DNA of 60,761 bases, counting the filler, from Squatina squatina (taxonomy: Eukaryota), in the NCBI GenBank assembly GCA_031763465.1. It is 4 parts of 4 records of this genome, joined end to end, with 100 filler letters (N's around TTAATTAATTAA, not from the genome) between each part and the next. Parts side by side here need not be neighbours in the genome. Positions count along the whole stretch, not along the records: positions 45,295 to 60,761 come from JARFOE010000042.1; 3 more parts are not named here. The stretch is one strand, 5' to 3'. The stretch's first letter is position 1. Each line of letters opens with the position of its first letter. The notes under the pieces are model-generated. The model was given only the letters and a program-made list of their open reading frames with translations, searched no databases and was not told where the DNA came from. Below are positions 47,691 to 60,246 of this stretch, piece after piece. The translations under genes and the position numbers were made by a program.

Positions 47691-47878
47691 CCATAACTTC
47701 AGGCAGAAAAGGGACAAGGGGAAACCGAACCTATTTAGTCCTACAAAAGTCTCTAAGAGAAACGGAACATTCTAGATTTGTATGTGGAGGTAACATTTGT
47801 AATGTAGACTGTCCTTATTTTATCAGTGAAACTTTTGGTGATATGTTCTTTCCAGGAAATGACTCCCGCCTCCATCCG

Positions 47879-47880
<2 letters not shown>

Positions 47881-47917
<37 letters not shown>
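47881..47917. repeat. (AC)n microsatellite
   Basis: About 18 AC units. Confidence 0.98.
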
Positions 47918-47919
<2 letters not shown>

Positions 47920-47920
<1 letters not shown>

Positions 47921-48406
47921 GTAAGATGTGGGAGTCCTCCCCGAGGAGCTCGCACTCCAGGCTCGGACTGTTACTCTGGGCACAATGAAGGAGTGCAACC
48001 AATATATCCGCTAAATGCGGTCACCTTTATTTAAAATGGCTCAAGACCTGACAGCTCAAATGATACGTGTCGCAAGCAGCGCGCAGGCCCTCCCCCGCTG
48101 GTAGTGCACTTAATATTTACTCAAGTCTCTGAGTCACCCTTTGCGTGGGGGCGGATTCCGTCGGTTGGTCACTCTATCATCGTCATGTCTCTCCACGTCT
48201 TCCAGTGATTGACCAAATCACTCGTTCACGACTGCAGTGCCGTCCGCCAGCGGGCCAGCCCCTTTTAAGCCCGATTCCGGCTGTCAGCCAGCCCCACCTC
48301 TTCTTGAACACATGGTCTCGGTGAGCAGGGGTGGGCTTGTTGATTAGCTCGTTTCTGCTGACAAAGGTATCTCTGGCACACACGCTATTCTCCTGATCAT
48401 CTTCTC
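47920..48406 (-). mobile_element. Probable retroviral/LTR-retrotransposon LTR (3' end at 47920, truncated by gap)
   Basis: Minus strand ends ...catcttaCA and has AATAAA at 48031-48026 and TATA-like TTAAAA at 48268-48263. The block is CpG-rich with a sharp boundary at the microsatellite. Confidence 0.5.
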
Positions 48407-48506
48407 NNNNNNNNNNNNNNNNNNNNNNNNNNNNNNNNNNNNNNNNNNNNNNNNNNNNNNNNNNNNNNNNNNNNNNNNNNNNNNNNNNNNNNNNNNNNNN
48501 NNNNNN

Positions 48507-48810
48507 CCGTCTTTCAGATGAGCTGTTAAACCAAGGTGGATTTAAAGATCACATGGCACTATTTTGAAAAAAAGCAGGGGAGTTGTTCCCGGTGTCTTGG
48601 GGCCAATACTTATCCCTCAGTCAACATTACTAAAACAAATTAACTGATCATTATCACATTTTGTCTGTGGGAGCTTGCTGTGTGCAAATTGGCTGCTGTG
48701 TTTCTTACATTACAACAGCGAATACCCTTCAAAATGCACTTCATTGGCTGTAAAGCGCTTTGGGGCGTCCGGTGGTCGTGAAAGGTGCTATCGAAACGCA
48801 AGTCTTTCAA
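48507..48810 (+). mobile_element. Deu-domain SINE (core plus tail)
   Basis: gtctttcagatgag...atggcactattttgaa...tatccctca...gggagcttgctgtgtgcaaattggctgc...aaggtgctat. Confidence 0.8.
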
Positions 48811-49289
48811 TCTGTGAGCTTTATCAGTTTTATATGTGTAAACAGGTTTTGATCACGAAGGGCATTACAGCTAAGCCTGAAAACTACACATTTCCAGAAG
48901 TTACGAGGACATGGAGACCCTGGCCAAATGTCCCCTCCCTAATCCAGAGCACTAAGACCTATTTTAGAACCCTACAGCTGCCTTTAGGGAACTCAGCACA
49001 ATTTAGGGACTGAATCTGGGACTCTCCCCCTGTCGAACTGAGTCAACTATTTACTGCAGCTGCTCGCTGAGTCATCAAGAAAACTGGGTCGAGTATGGCA
49101 CACCCAAGTGCTCCCTTAACATGTGGTCCAGCAATGTTCCTTCAGAAGAACGATGTCCCAGAAGAANNNNNNNNNNNNNNNNNNNNNNNNNNNNNNNNNN
49201 NNNNNNNNNNNNNNNNNNNNNNNNNNNNNNNNNNNNNNNNNNNNNNNNNNNNNNNNNNNNNNNNNNGGACACCCAGGTCTCGTTGCACC

Positions 49290-50198
49290 TCTCCCTTTCC
49301 CAATCTATCACCATTCAGATAATAATCTGAAGATACCCCACTCTACCTCTCCTCCACCCTCTCTATAATATCAGACTGCTTGTCCGACATCTAACGCTGG
49401 TTGAGTAGAAATTTCCCCCAATTAAATATAGACCAAAGCCATTGTCTTTCTACTGACTCCATCTCTCTCCCCAGCAACTGCCTAATGCTGACCAAATTTG
49501 TTTGCAAGCTTGGTGTCACATTCATTCTGTCACTAAGACTGCCTATTTTCACATTCGTAATATCGCCTGTCTCCCCCCTTACCTTAATTTGTCTGCTGTT
49601 GAAACCCACATCCATGCCTTTATCACCTCTAGACTTGACTATTCCAATGCACTCCTAGTTGGCCCCTCTTGTTCTACCCTCCATGAACTTGAAGTCATCC
49701 AAAACTCTGCCGCCCCTGTGCTAACTCATACGAAGTTCCGCTTACCCATCTCCCCTGTACTTACTGAACTACATTGGCTCCCGGTTAAGCAATGCCTTGA
49801 TTTTAAAATTATCATCCTTGTTTTCAAATCCCTCTATGGCCTCACCTCTCCTTATCTCTGTCATCTCCTCCAGCCCTATAGTCACACTCGACTTCTGCCC
49901 TCCGCCTATTCTGGCCTTTTGAACATCTCCAACTTTAAATGCTCCACCATTGGTGGTCATGCCTTCAGCTGTCTAGGTCCTAAGCTTTGAATTCCCTCTC
50001 GAAATCTCTCCACTTATTTTTCCTCCTTTAAAATGCTCATTAAAACCTACCTCTTTGACCAAGCTTTTGGTCATCTGCCCAACATCTCCTTGTATGACTC
50101 AGTATCAAATTTTTTTTTTTTTTGGCAACAGTCCTGAGAAGCACCTTGGAATGTTTTATTACTTTAAAGGCACTATCGAAATAAAAGTTGTTGTTGTT
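49290..50198 (+). mobile_element. L2 LINE ORF2 3' part and tail
   Basis: AYFHIRNIA...HAFITSRLDYSNALL...LHWLPVKQCLDFKI...GPKL with a gttgttgttg tail. Confidence 0.92.
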
Positions 50199-50420
50199 GA
50201 GATGAGGAGAAATTTCTTCACTCAGAGGATTGAGAATCTTTGGAATTCTCTATTCCCAGAAGGCTGTGGATGCTTAGTCGTTGAGTGCTTTCGAAACTGA
50301 GATCGATAGATTGATAAGGGAATCAAGGGATATGGGGAAAGGGCTAGAAAGTAGAGTTGATGTAGAAGTCCAGCCATGCTCTTATTGAATAGCTCTTTCT
50401 CCTACATCTTACGTTCTTAT
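50199..50420 (+). mobile_element. CR1 LINE 3' end
   Basis: EMRRNFFTQRIENLWNSL. Confidence 0.85.
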
Positions 50421-50927
50421 CGCATGCCAACACAACTGTTATCCTGTATACTGCAGTGAGGCATCTGCAGGGACTTGCCACAAGGAAATAAGTCATTTTC
50501 AGCCATTAAGTTGGAAACCTAAGTGACACTGCTGAGAGGATCAAACGTACTTTTTGCATAAGTGAGGGGCTTATAATGCAAGGTAGATATGAAAAGAAAG
50601 AAGTCAGTATGAAAGAAAGGCCATCCCGATCAACCGGTCATGAAGATCCTCCTTCAACCCTTACAGCTCTCCCCTGCCACGCGTCAACCACGTATCCCTC
50701 TACTCCTGGCACTGAGTAGCTGTCCAATGCGTATGTTAGTAAGTTCAATATCTCAGTCTGTTAACAGTTGACAATAACAGACTTACCAAGCTCTTCCGCA
50801 CGACAATGTAAAGGACTGTGATGAAATGCCATCTGCACAAGCTTTACTGAAGCCAGAATGAGCGGCGGCAGTCAAAGTGCCCAAGCTGATGAATTGGCAC
50901 CAGGATCTCACAATGACCATTGCAGTC

Positions 50928-51195
50928 ATAGAAACATAGAAACATAGAAAATAGGTGCAGGAGTAAGCCATTCGGCCCTTCGAGCCTGCACCGCCATTCA
51001 ACACGATCATGGCTGATCTTTCAACTCAGTACCCCGTACCTGCTTTCTCTCCATACCCCGTGATCCCCCTTGCTGTAAGGGGGATCTAACTCCCTTTTGA
51101 ATATAGCTAATGAACTGGCCTCAACAGCTTCCTGTGGTAGAGAGTTCCACAGGTTCACCACTCTCTGGGTGAACAAGTTTTTCCTCATCTCGGCA
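50928..51195 (-). mobile_element. CR1 LINE 3' end
   Basis: (catagaaa)n tail and ccattcggcccttcgagcctgc. Confidence 0.9.
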
Positions 51196-52154
51196 AATAC
51201 CTCAGTAGTTTTACAGTGCCGACCTTATGTTGTTCAGAGCATGTCCATGTGATTTAAGGGCGTGTAAAATGTTCTGCAGTACAAGTGAAAGGCTTTTTTC
51301 TTTGAATTTTCTCCCCCCCCACCCCTGCACTCGCGAAATAGTCATATTTGTTGGAGTTTGATTTTGGTAGACCAACAGCCCTCCAATACCTTGTGCAAGT
51401 GGCCATTCTTCACAAACAATCTCCAGACACTGAGCATCTGTAAACTATTTGACCAAGGAGGGTATCACAACCAAGCTGACTTTCTTTTCATGTGACATCA
51501 ATACATGCCTGCTTTTCATTAGGGTGAACTTCTTCACAGTAAGCAGGAACTTTGGCTGTTTTTTCCACCCCTTGGCCCAGGGCATAACTGCTGGACTGAC
51601 CGACTGATCAGTGAAAATGGCAAGGAACAGAGGTAAAACCAGTGACCTTCAGCTCTGCACGGCTTTGTGAATACATGGGGATTTTCATAACATGCTTCTT
51701 TTAGTGTGGCGCCCTAGATCATGGCAGGCAATGATATTTCATGTCTCTTAACCAATATTTCTAAATGTACTTAACTGTCTCTTGCATACATTTTCACATT
51801 AATGCATTGAAATAATTGAGTGCAATGTTGAGGAAATGGCCCTACATTGAACAATGGACCATGTTATTCCCAGTTTCAGTGTTACAAGAAAAAGTGGAAA
51901 TGACTTCATAAAATAGGTAACCAAATGTAAACAGCTGAAAATACAANNNNNNNNNNNNNNNNNNNNNNNNNNNNNNNNNNNNNNNNNNNNNNNNNNNNNN
52001 NNNNNNNNNNNNNNNNNNNNNNNNNNNNNNNNNNNNNNNNNNNNNNTGGATGTTCCTACCCCATCCCAACAAAAGTGCCCTGCATCTCAATTTATTGTTT
52101 AATTCATGAGACAGAAAAAATCTTATACTAGCAGAAAAACCAGCACAAATATGC

Positions 52155-52366
52155 AAAAATCTATCGATCTCAGTCTTGAAAGCTTCAATTGACCCAAAGC
52201 ATCCACAGCCTTTTTGGGGGAGACAGTTCCAGATTTCCACCACCAATTGTGTGAGGAAGTACTTCCTGACATCAACTTTGAATGGCCTCGCTCTAATTTT
52301 AAGTTTATTTCCCCTTGTTCTGGACTCCCCCCACCAGAGGAAATAGTTTCTCTCTATATAACCTGT
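52155..52366 (-). mobile_element. CR1 LINE 3' fragment
   Basis: ESRTRGNKLKIRARPFKVDVRKYFLTQLVVEIWNCLPQK. Confidence 0.85.
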
Positions 52367-53359
52367 NNNNNNNNNNTCACTCCTCAATCTTCTATACTCA
52401 AGCCTCAATCTTGATTGGGTGAGATGAAAGGGGTGGGCGGAGGCTTATGTGGAGCATAAACACCGGCATGGACCAGCTGTGCCGATTGGCCTGTTTCTGT
52501 GCTGTTAATGGTTTGTAATTCTTTGAAATGTAATTCTATACTCAAGCCTCAATCTTCTATACCCAAGAGATTACTGGGAGTTGGGGAGCATCCTTGAAGG
52601 AGACTCTAATCATCCAGCATCTGAATGGTCACGGCATAAAACCTGCTCGTGAAGGCCTGAGGGAACGCGTCGCAGAAACAGGACAACTTTGAAAGGCAGA
52701 TTATCAAAGATGCGTCTACATTTCTCAAGGTTGTGCCCTTGTGCAAGTCTCTGGAGTTGTACCAAGTATGTAGATAGCAGTGATATGTCGCATACAAGGG
52801 TGCAGGATGTGGTTTGAGNNNNNNNNNNGAAGGCGGTTCTCCACTCCCCTCTGCACCAGAGAGGAGATGAAACTGACCCGGAAGAAAAATAAGAGATTGA
52901 TTGATTGCAAGGCAATTGCAGCAATTCAGGGACATTGCAGCGTTGTGGGTCGTGATTAATCTTATCTCGGCATTACTTTATATCACTAACAAAAAAAAGT
53001 TGGCTGTACAGTTAGACTATGTTATTAAAGAGAACAAAGGGGAGGCACCAAGGGCGGATGCCTGAGTGTTAGCAAATTGTTTACTTTCACTTCGTTTGCC
53101 ATGATGCTTTCTCTAACTTGTGGTCAGAGCAACTACTTACAAAGGTCTTGGAGATCGGCGAGCCGGAGATTTCCTGTTAGAAATTACTATGATTGAGTGT
53201 GAGATTGATTCTCAAATCCACATGGTGAGAATACAAAACTGCCAGATTGAAGACACACTCATCGAAGAGCCTCACATTCTCTGTAACTGAGCACTGACAC
53301 TGTGGTCTAGATTTTTTACCAGGGGCGGGCGGGAAGGGTGTGGGGGAACCCAGAAGCAG

Positions 53360-53475
53360 GCAGCGTCCTGGCTGATATTTATCCCTCAACGAATGTCAAT
53401 AAAATAGTTTGTCTGGCTATTATCACTTTGCTGTTTGTGGGAGCTTGCTGTGCGCAAATTGGCTGCCTTTTTCCT
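53360..53475 (+). mobile_element. Deu-SINE core fragment
   Basis: gtcctggctgatatttatccctcaac...gtgggagcttgctgtgcgcaaattggctgcc. Confidence 0.75.
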
Positions 53476-53889
53476 NNNNNNNNNNNNNNNNNNNNNNNNN
53501 NNNNNNNNNNNNNNNNNNNNNNNNNNNNNNNNNNNNNNNNNNNNNNNNNNNNNNNNNNNNNNNNNNNNNNNNNNNACCCCCCAAGCCTCAACAGCGCAGG
53601 AATCATCGTCACTCCTGAAACAATTCCTCTCGGTCTATAACCTACAACCCCAGTGCTAAGTAGGTATTTATCCAGCCCCTTTTTTGAAGGATTTTATTGG
53701 CGTCAGCCTGTAGCTCTCTCGCTCCTGGGTCAGAAGGTTGTGGGTTCAAGTCCCACTCCAGAGACTCGAGCACATAAATCTAGACTGACACTCTGGTGCA
53801 TTACTTTACATTTTACTAATTAAATAAAATGTCCCTTTCATGTCTTTCTTCACCAATATAAACAAATTCAGCAAACAAAAACAAAAAAA

Positions 53890-54070
53890 GGGGTGGTGGA
53901 GGCAGATTCAATCACGGCTTTCGAAAGGGAGTTGGATAAGTACCTGAAAGAAAAAAAATGTGCAGGGCTAGGGGGAAAGAGACGAGCTGAAGTGCTCTTT
54001 CAGAGAGCCGGCACGGGCTCGACGGGCCGAATGGCCTCCTTCTGTGCTGTAACCATTCTACGATTCTTCA
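53890..54070 (+). mobile_element. CR1 LINE 3' end
   Basis: VVEADSITAFERELDKYL followed by gggccgaatggcctccttctg. Confidence 0.85.
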
Positions 54071-54528
54071 TTCGTGACTGGAGAGCAAGGTCACAGAATC
54101 CTGCTCGCCGCTCTTCGAGCGCACCATAGAATCATGGAAGGTTATGGTACAGAAGGAGGCCATTCAGCCCATCGTGTCTGTGCCGGTGTAGGATGCCCAA
54201 AACCTGGGCACAATTGATCTGGAGTGCCCTGAAAGGGTGGCGGAAGTAGATTGAGTAGCGACTTTCAAAAGGGAACTGCAGTGGGACTAAATGGATCGTT
54301 CGTTCAAAGAGCCAGCAGAGGCATGATGGGCCTAATGGCCTTGGTTTGTGCAGTGAGGTTCGATATCAGCTGTGGCTCAGTGGGCAGCATTCTTGCCTTT
54401 GAGTCAGAAGGTTGTGGGTTCAAGTCCCNNNNNNNNNNNNNNNNNNNNNNNNNNNNNNNNNNNNNNNNNNNNNNNNNNNNNNNNNNNNNNNNNNNNNNNN
54501 NNNNNNNNNNNNNNNNNNNNNNNNNNNN

Positions 54529-54750
54529 TATACTCTGGGTGGGGGACATCAATGTCCATCACTAAGAGTGGCTCGGGAGCACCATTACTGACCGAGCTGG
54601 GTGAGTCCTGAAGGACATAGCTGCCAGACTGGGCCTACGGCAGGTGGTGAGAGAACCAACACGAGGGAATAATCTACTTGACCATGTTCTTGCCAATCTA
54701 CCTGTCACAGATGCGTCTCTCCATAATGGTATTGGTAGCAGTGACCAATG
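54529..54750 (+). mobile_element. LINE APE endonuclease fragment (CR1/L2-group, distinct family)
   Basis: ILWVGDINVHH*EWLGS...LGLRQVVREPTRGNNLLDHVLAN...IGSSD. Confidence 0.85.
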
Positions 54751-54769
54751 CAGAGTCCCTGGGAGACCA

Positions 54770-55480
54770 AGGGAGAATTTTTAACCCCCAAAAATAGGTG
54801 GGTTTGGGTTGGGTGGGATGTAAAAATGTAAAAAATCTGAAACCCGTCCCCAACCCGCCTCCAACCCACTCACCTCTGGTTTTAACAAAGGCGGGACAGA
54901 GGGTGGGCAACCAACCCACTCGCAGGAGGCGAGTTGGTCATTGAAATATTATAATGAGGCTGTGCACCTCAGAATTAACCACAATTTTAAGTTGAGACCC
55001 ATCCAATCTCTCCCCCAACTCTTCCGACTTCCTCCACCTGACCCTTCCAATCTCCCCCCACCCAACCCCAACCCTTCCGATCTCCCTCCCAGACCCTTCT
55101 GATCTCCCCTCTGGCCTCCAATCTTCCCTCTGCTCCGGACCCTGATCTTCACCTGATCCCAGTCTCCGATCTCCCCTCTGGCCTCCAATCTCTTCCCCGC
55201 CTCCCACCCCACCATCACAACTTCTCTGGCCTTCCCAATCCCTCCCTCCCTCCTCTCTGCTCCCCGGCTGCGGCCTGGTGCCGCAGGCCTACCCACCCGA
55301 CAGCAAGCCAGCCTCTGCATCTGGCTCGCTGTGGGCGGAAAGCAGAGAATCAAAATGCTAATCAGGACCTGCCGTTAAATTTGGCAGGGCCGAAGGGAAA
55401 CCCGTTCTCCTGGTTTTCCAGCTGCCTCCGCCCCACCGTCCCAGTCCACTCCCCACCACCACCATATTAAAATTCCAACT
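54770..55480 (+). mobile_element. Harbinger-like non-autonomous DNA transposon with TIRs and internal C-rich tandem tract
   Basis: Left end ggagaatttttaa and right end ttaaaattcc. Related to 12990-13377. Internal ccgatctcccc repeats at 55000-55270. Confidence 0.6.
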
Positions 55481-56504
55481 TAAGTGTCAGCAACCTATTC
55501 AACTAGAGGTTTCATAGTCGACTCAATCATGCGACATTTACACATCTACTGCCAGCAACAGACACTGGATAACTATGAGCAGCAGCAGACCCTGATACAT
55601 TTCCCCTTTCCTTACCCAGCGGCACTGAGGCTAACAGTAACCACCCATTGACCTTCATGACACAAACCAGCTGACTGAGCACTGTTTGAGGATCNNNNNN
55701 NNNNNNNNNNNNNNNNNNNNNNNNNNNNNNNNNNNNNNNNNNNNNNNNNNNNNNNNNNNNNNNNNNNNNNNNNNNNNNNNNNNNNNNNNNNNNNAAGGAC
55801 CAATCTGTTTAATTTTCATGTCAAAGCTCTGTGCTGGGGATGAGCTTCGCAGCCTAGGCGTTGGATCTGTTCGGAAGTTTTTGGACAGATCGCAAATGCC
55901 GGTTTGCGGGCTTACGATTAACAGCCCCTTAACCGGCTTTTGTGATGTTCCCACGCACCCAGGGAGATCGCAATTTCAGGGCCAATATAAACACAAGCCC
56001 TAGCGTGGTGCTTGAACCCTTGACCTTCTAACCCACAGGTGAGAGTGCTATTAATTGAGCCAAGATGAAAGATTTGGGGGAAAGTTGAATTGGAGCAACC
56101 ATCTGAAGTAAAATTAAGAATAATAAAAATACTTTTCACCTCTTATGCTTGCTTATAGTGTTAATTTATCGTGGGATGATCTGCCTCCACTTACAACTGT
56201 TCCAAAGTCTTTTCACACCATGCCAGCTCCTACGCAGGGCTGTACTGAATTCTGATTCAGTCACTGAATGTCAAGTATGCAACAGCCATAAACTCTGTAG
56301 GGGTTGTGTAGGTCCCTCAAGGCTGTAACCATATCCCATCCAACACACAGCCCAGTCACGTGCACCAACTCAAACAGATGCCTCCTTTCTAGCTAGTTCT
56401 CCATTTCACAGATCCCCAGCCACCAACTGTGGCCTGGAATTCTTGCCTCAAAGGTAAGCTGGATTAAAAAAACTTTCGTATTTTTGTGCATTGGGTAAGA
56501 AAGA

Positions 56505-56600
56505 TTTGCATTTCTACAGTGCAGTCTCTGTTGTAATGTAGGAATCGCAGCAGCCAATTTGCGCACAGCAAGCTCCCACAAACAGAAATGTGATAATGAG
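56505..56600 (-). mobile_element. Deu-SINE 3' fragment
   Basis: gcagccaatttgcgcacagcaagctcccacaaacag. Confidence 0.75.
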
Positions 56601-58494
56601 GCTGAATTTGTGATCCCCTCAGGTCCCTCTGGGTGCGTACGATGTTCGCAATCACCCGTAGGGACCCTGCAAGTTCCGGATCTAGGGTAGCACTGCCCAT
56701 AGATTCGGAACTTGCGATCTGTCAAGATTTCTCTTGACAGATCATTCACCTGGACAGGAAAAAAGCTTTCCTGGGTGGAGAGTTGTGCTATTTGCCCAAC
56801 TCCTGCCGATGGAAAGCTCTTTAATTTCTTATGCATGGTAAAAGCAAGCGTACAGGCTTACTGTTACCAGCGTAAGAGTTTTTAGAAATATAAAAATAAT
56901 TTAAATTACTGGAACATTCGTTAAACACCATGTCCATTAAGGTAAGTATATTTTTACATACTTTAAAAGATATTAAAAACATTTTCAAAAAAAAATGTTT
57001 GTATTAGTTATCTAATTATATATAATTTTATTCAATTTTAATGCTTGACTCGTTTTAAAAAATGTATTTTTATGTAATTGTGCAGTTTATAGTATCTCCC
57101 ATTCATACTTCTACTAATCTCCATATATGGCAGAGATCTGCAGAAGTATGAATGGGAGATACTCCTACCTGATTGGTTGGGGCCTCCCATGTGATCTCAC
57201 CAGTNNNNNNNNNNGAGATCCCTGGGCCGCTCCGCCTACGTTTCTGTGGAGGCCCAGGAAGACAGGGTTACAAACCTCCCGGGCCACCAGGTAAGTTCGT
57301 ACGGATCTTTCCGGTCGGAGGCCTGCACCCGCGGGAAGGCTTTGACCGGAATTTCAGCTCCAATCTGTTTTTAGTGAAGTTGATTTGATGGATAAATATT
57401 GGCCAGGAGTGGCTTAGTTACAGAAGTGTCGATTGTTCCACTTACTACCTTCTGGGCTCACTTGACAAGATGGCTTCTGGAATGTCAATTTGGTTTGAAT
57501 TAATGGATAGATAAGGACACAAGTAAGCATGGAATGAAAAATGCAATTCAATCCACCCTTCTGGAGACCATGACATTTTTTTTTTGCCAGAAACTGTGCT
57601 GAGCTCCCCCAAAGTAATTTCACTCAGGATTCTTAAATCCATCAGCACAACACACCTTCATGCCATCAGTCTGGACTTCGCTTAAAATAGTTGCAGGATG
57701 AGACACGAGAGGTTAAAGCAACAGTAACACCTACTGGTCGGACATGGAGATACTTGCTGTCCACTTTGATCTCTGGAATTCTCTACCTCAGAGGGCTGTG
57801 GATGCTCAGTTGTTGAGTATATTCAAGGCTGAAATCGATAGATTTTTGGACTCTAANNNNNNNNNNNNNNNNNNNNNNNNNNNNNNNNNNNNNNNNNNNN
57901 NNNNNNNNNNNNNNNNNNNNNNNNNNNNNNNNNNNNNNNNNNNNNNNNNNNNNNNNGTGCTAAGTGTGGCTCGCTTGGGAGGAGCAGGTGACTTTGGGCC
58001 TCTGGTTCCCAAAGCTCTTCACCCCTGGAGTTTACTCGCCTCACGTCTGGGTCTGTTGTGGACTAATTGATAGAGATTGATTGCAATAATTAGTGAAGAA
58101 CTCCATTATTGCTGTATCATGTGACTACTGGGATGGGAGAAGGCGATGGACCTTGGTCTTCTTTCGTGCAGCAATTCCAAACTTCTTATGATTGCTGAAA
58201 GGAGAGTCTTTTCAATGAATTGTCAGTCGTGAGTCTTTTTTTCTCGATTTTTTTTTTATGGGATGTGGGTGACACTGCCAAAGCTGCAGTGATGGTCTAC
58301 CCCTAGTTGCCATGACAACTGAAAGGCCTTAGGGGCATGAAGAGTCATGGAGGGGTGAATGTCAGCAGGGCTGTTCTCAAGCGTCTGCTGTAACTTTGGC
58401 GGAAAAGCTCATCAAATAAGCGGGAGAAAGCCTGCTGAAATTCCCCCCCCATAGTGTGAGATTGAAGTGACATATTGGCAGGTTTCCTCACTGA

Positions 58495-58679
58495 GAGAGT
58501 GCTGCACTGTCAGAGGTGCCGCCTTTCAAACTAGACGATAAACCCAGGCTCTGTCTGCCCTCTCAGGTGGACGTAAAATATCCCAGGCAAGGAGCACGGA
58601 AGTTCTCCCTGGTGTCCCGGAAAATATTTGTCCCTCAAGCAACATCACTATAAACAGATTATCCGGTCATTTATCTCAT
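58495..58679 (+). mobile_element. Deu-SINE core fragment
   Basis: gagtgctgcactgtcagaggtgccgcc...ctctcaggtggacgtaaaa. Confidence 0.75.
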
Positions 58680-58779
58680 NNNNNNNNNNNNNNNNNNNNN
58701 NNNNNNNNNNNNNNNNNNNNNNNNNNNNNNNNNNNNNNNNNNNNNNNNNNNNNNNNNNNNNNNNNNNNNNNNNNNNNNN

Positions 58780-59340
58780 CCGGCCAGGCTACTCTATCTA
58801 TTTCCAAGTTCTTAATTCTTTTTAAAACAATATGTTTATCTATGTTAATGTTACTAACAAAACTAGTAATATTAAATTCTAATAATCGAGCATCATCTTC
58901 AAGGGTGAAGACCAATGCAAAGTACTCATTTAATATTTCTGCCATACCCAGTGAGTCCTTTGTAACCTGTCCTTGAACACCCTTCAGTGGCCCAATTCAG
59001 TCTTTGATAGTTCTCTGACTCTTCGCATAACTAAAAAACCTCTTCCCATTACTGCCACAGTTGTCTACAATCCTTTTTTCCATTCACCTTTTTTCTGATC
59101 TCATAACAGCCTTCGTTTTCTTTAGTTGTTCCTTGAATTCAACCCTGTTTATTTGAGCACTAAATGCTTTTAACTTATAGAAACATTTCTGCTTACACCT
59201 TATTTATCTTTGTACAGAGCCAGTCAGCCACTTTGGCTTTTTCTTACCATATTTCCATCTTTTGATTTTGGGTACGTGGTTTGTTTTTCTCCACATTATT
59301 AATCTTGTTCTTAAAATCTTTCCATTTACATTCAACATCG
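58780..59340 (-). mobile_element. CR1-type LINE ORF2 fragment
   Basis: PKWLT...MAEILNEYFALVFT motifs. Confidence 0.75.
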
Positions 59341-59534
59341 GTCTCATCACCACCGAGGAGGGTTAGCTAATTTAAAAAAGGTGGTAGAGAGAAAACAGGG
59401 AATTATAGACCAGTTAGCCTGACATCAGTAGTGGNNNNNNNNNNNNNNNNNNNNNNNNNNNNNNNNNNNNNNNNNNNNNNNNNNNNNNNNNNNNNNNNNN
59501 NNNNNNNNNNNNNNNNNNNNNNNNNNNNNNNNNN

Positions 59535-60245
59535 CACTGTGTTACACAGCGAGCTGAGTGTGCTGATCATGCGTTACTCACAGAGCTGTGAGTACTAGAC
59601 AGTTTGTTGCACCAGCAGAGCTGTGTGTACAGGACAATGTGTTAGACAGAGAGCTGTGATTACTGCAGAGTGCATTAAATAGGAGGAGCTGTGTGCACTG
59701 AACTGCTAATTACACTGCGAGAGCTGTGTGAACTGAACAGTGTGTTAAGCAGGAAGAGCTGTGCGTACTGAACTGCATGTTACACAGAGAGAGCTGTGTT
59801 TACTGAACTGTGCAGGTCACAGGGAGAGCTGTGTGTACTGAACAGTGATTTACACAGAGAGAGCTGTGTGTACTGAACAGTGTGTTACACAGACAACAGT
59901 GTGTACTGAACAGTCTGTTACACAGAGAGAGCTGTGTGTTCGGAATAGTGTGTTACACAGAGAGAGCTGTGTGTACTTAACAGTGTGTTACACAGAGAAC
60001 AATGTGTATGGAACAGTATCTTACACAGAGAGAGCTGTGTGTAATGAATTGTGTGTTACTGAGACAGCTGTGTGCACTGAACAGTGTGGTACACAGGAGA
60101 GCTGTGTGTACTGGACAGTGTTTTACACAGTGAGAGCTGTATATATTGAACAGTGCTTTACACAGAGACAGCTCTGTGTACTGAACAGTCTGTTACTCAG
60201 TGAGAACCCTGTATGGTAAACACTGCGTTACACAGGGAGAGCTGT
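59535..60245. repeat. ~35-bp minisatellite/satellite, about 20 diverged copies (acacagagagagctgtgtgtactgaacagtgtgtt)
   Basis: Direct tandem repetition. Confidence 0.95.
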
Positions 60246-60246
60246 A

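Noticed and set aside
54370-54428. tRNA-like A/B boxes (tggctcagtgg...ggttcaagtccc)
   Set aside because: This is the head of a tRNA-derived SINE (also 53710-53800), not a tRNA gene.
59535-60245. CRISPR-like appearance of regularly spaced ~35-bp repeats
   Set aside because: Units are directly tandem without unique spacers, there are no cas genes, and the DNA is vertebrate.
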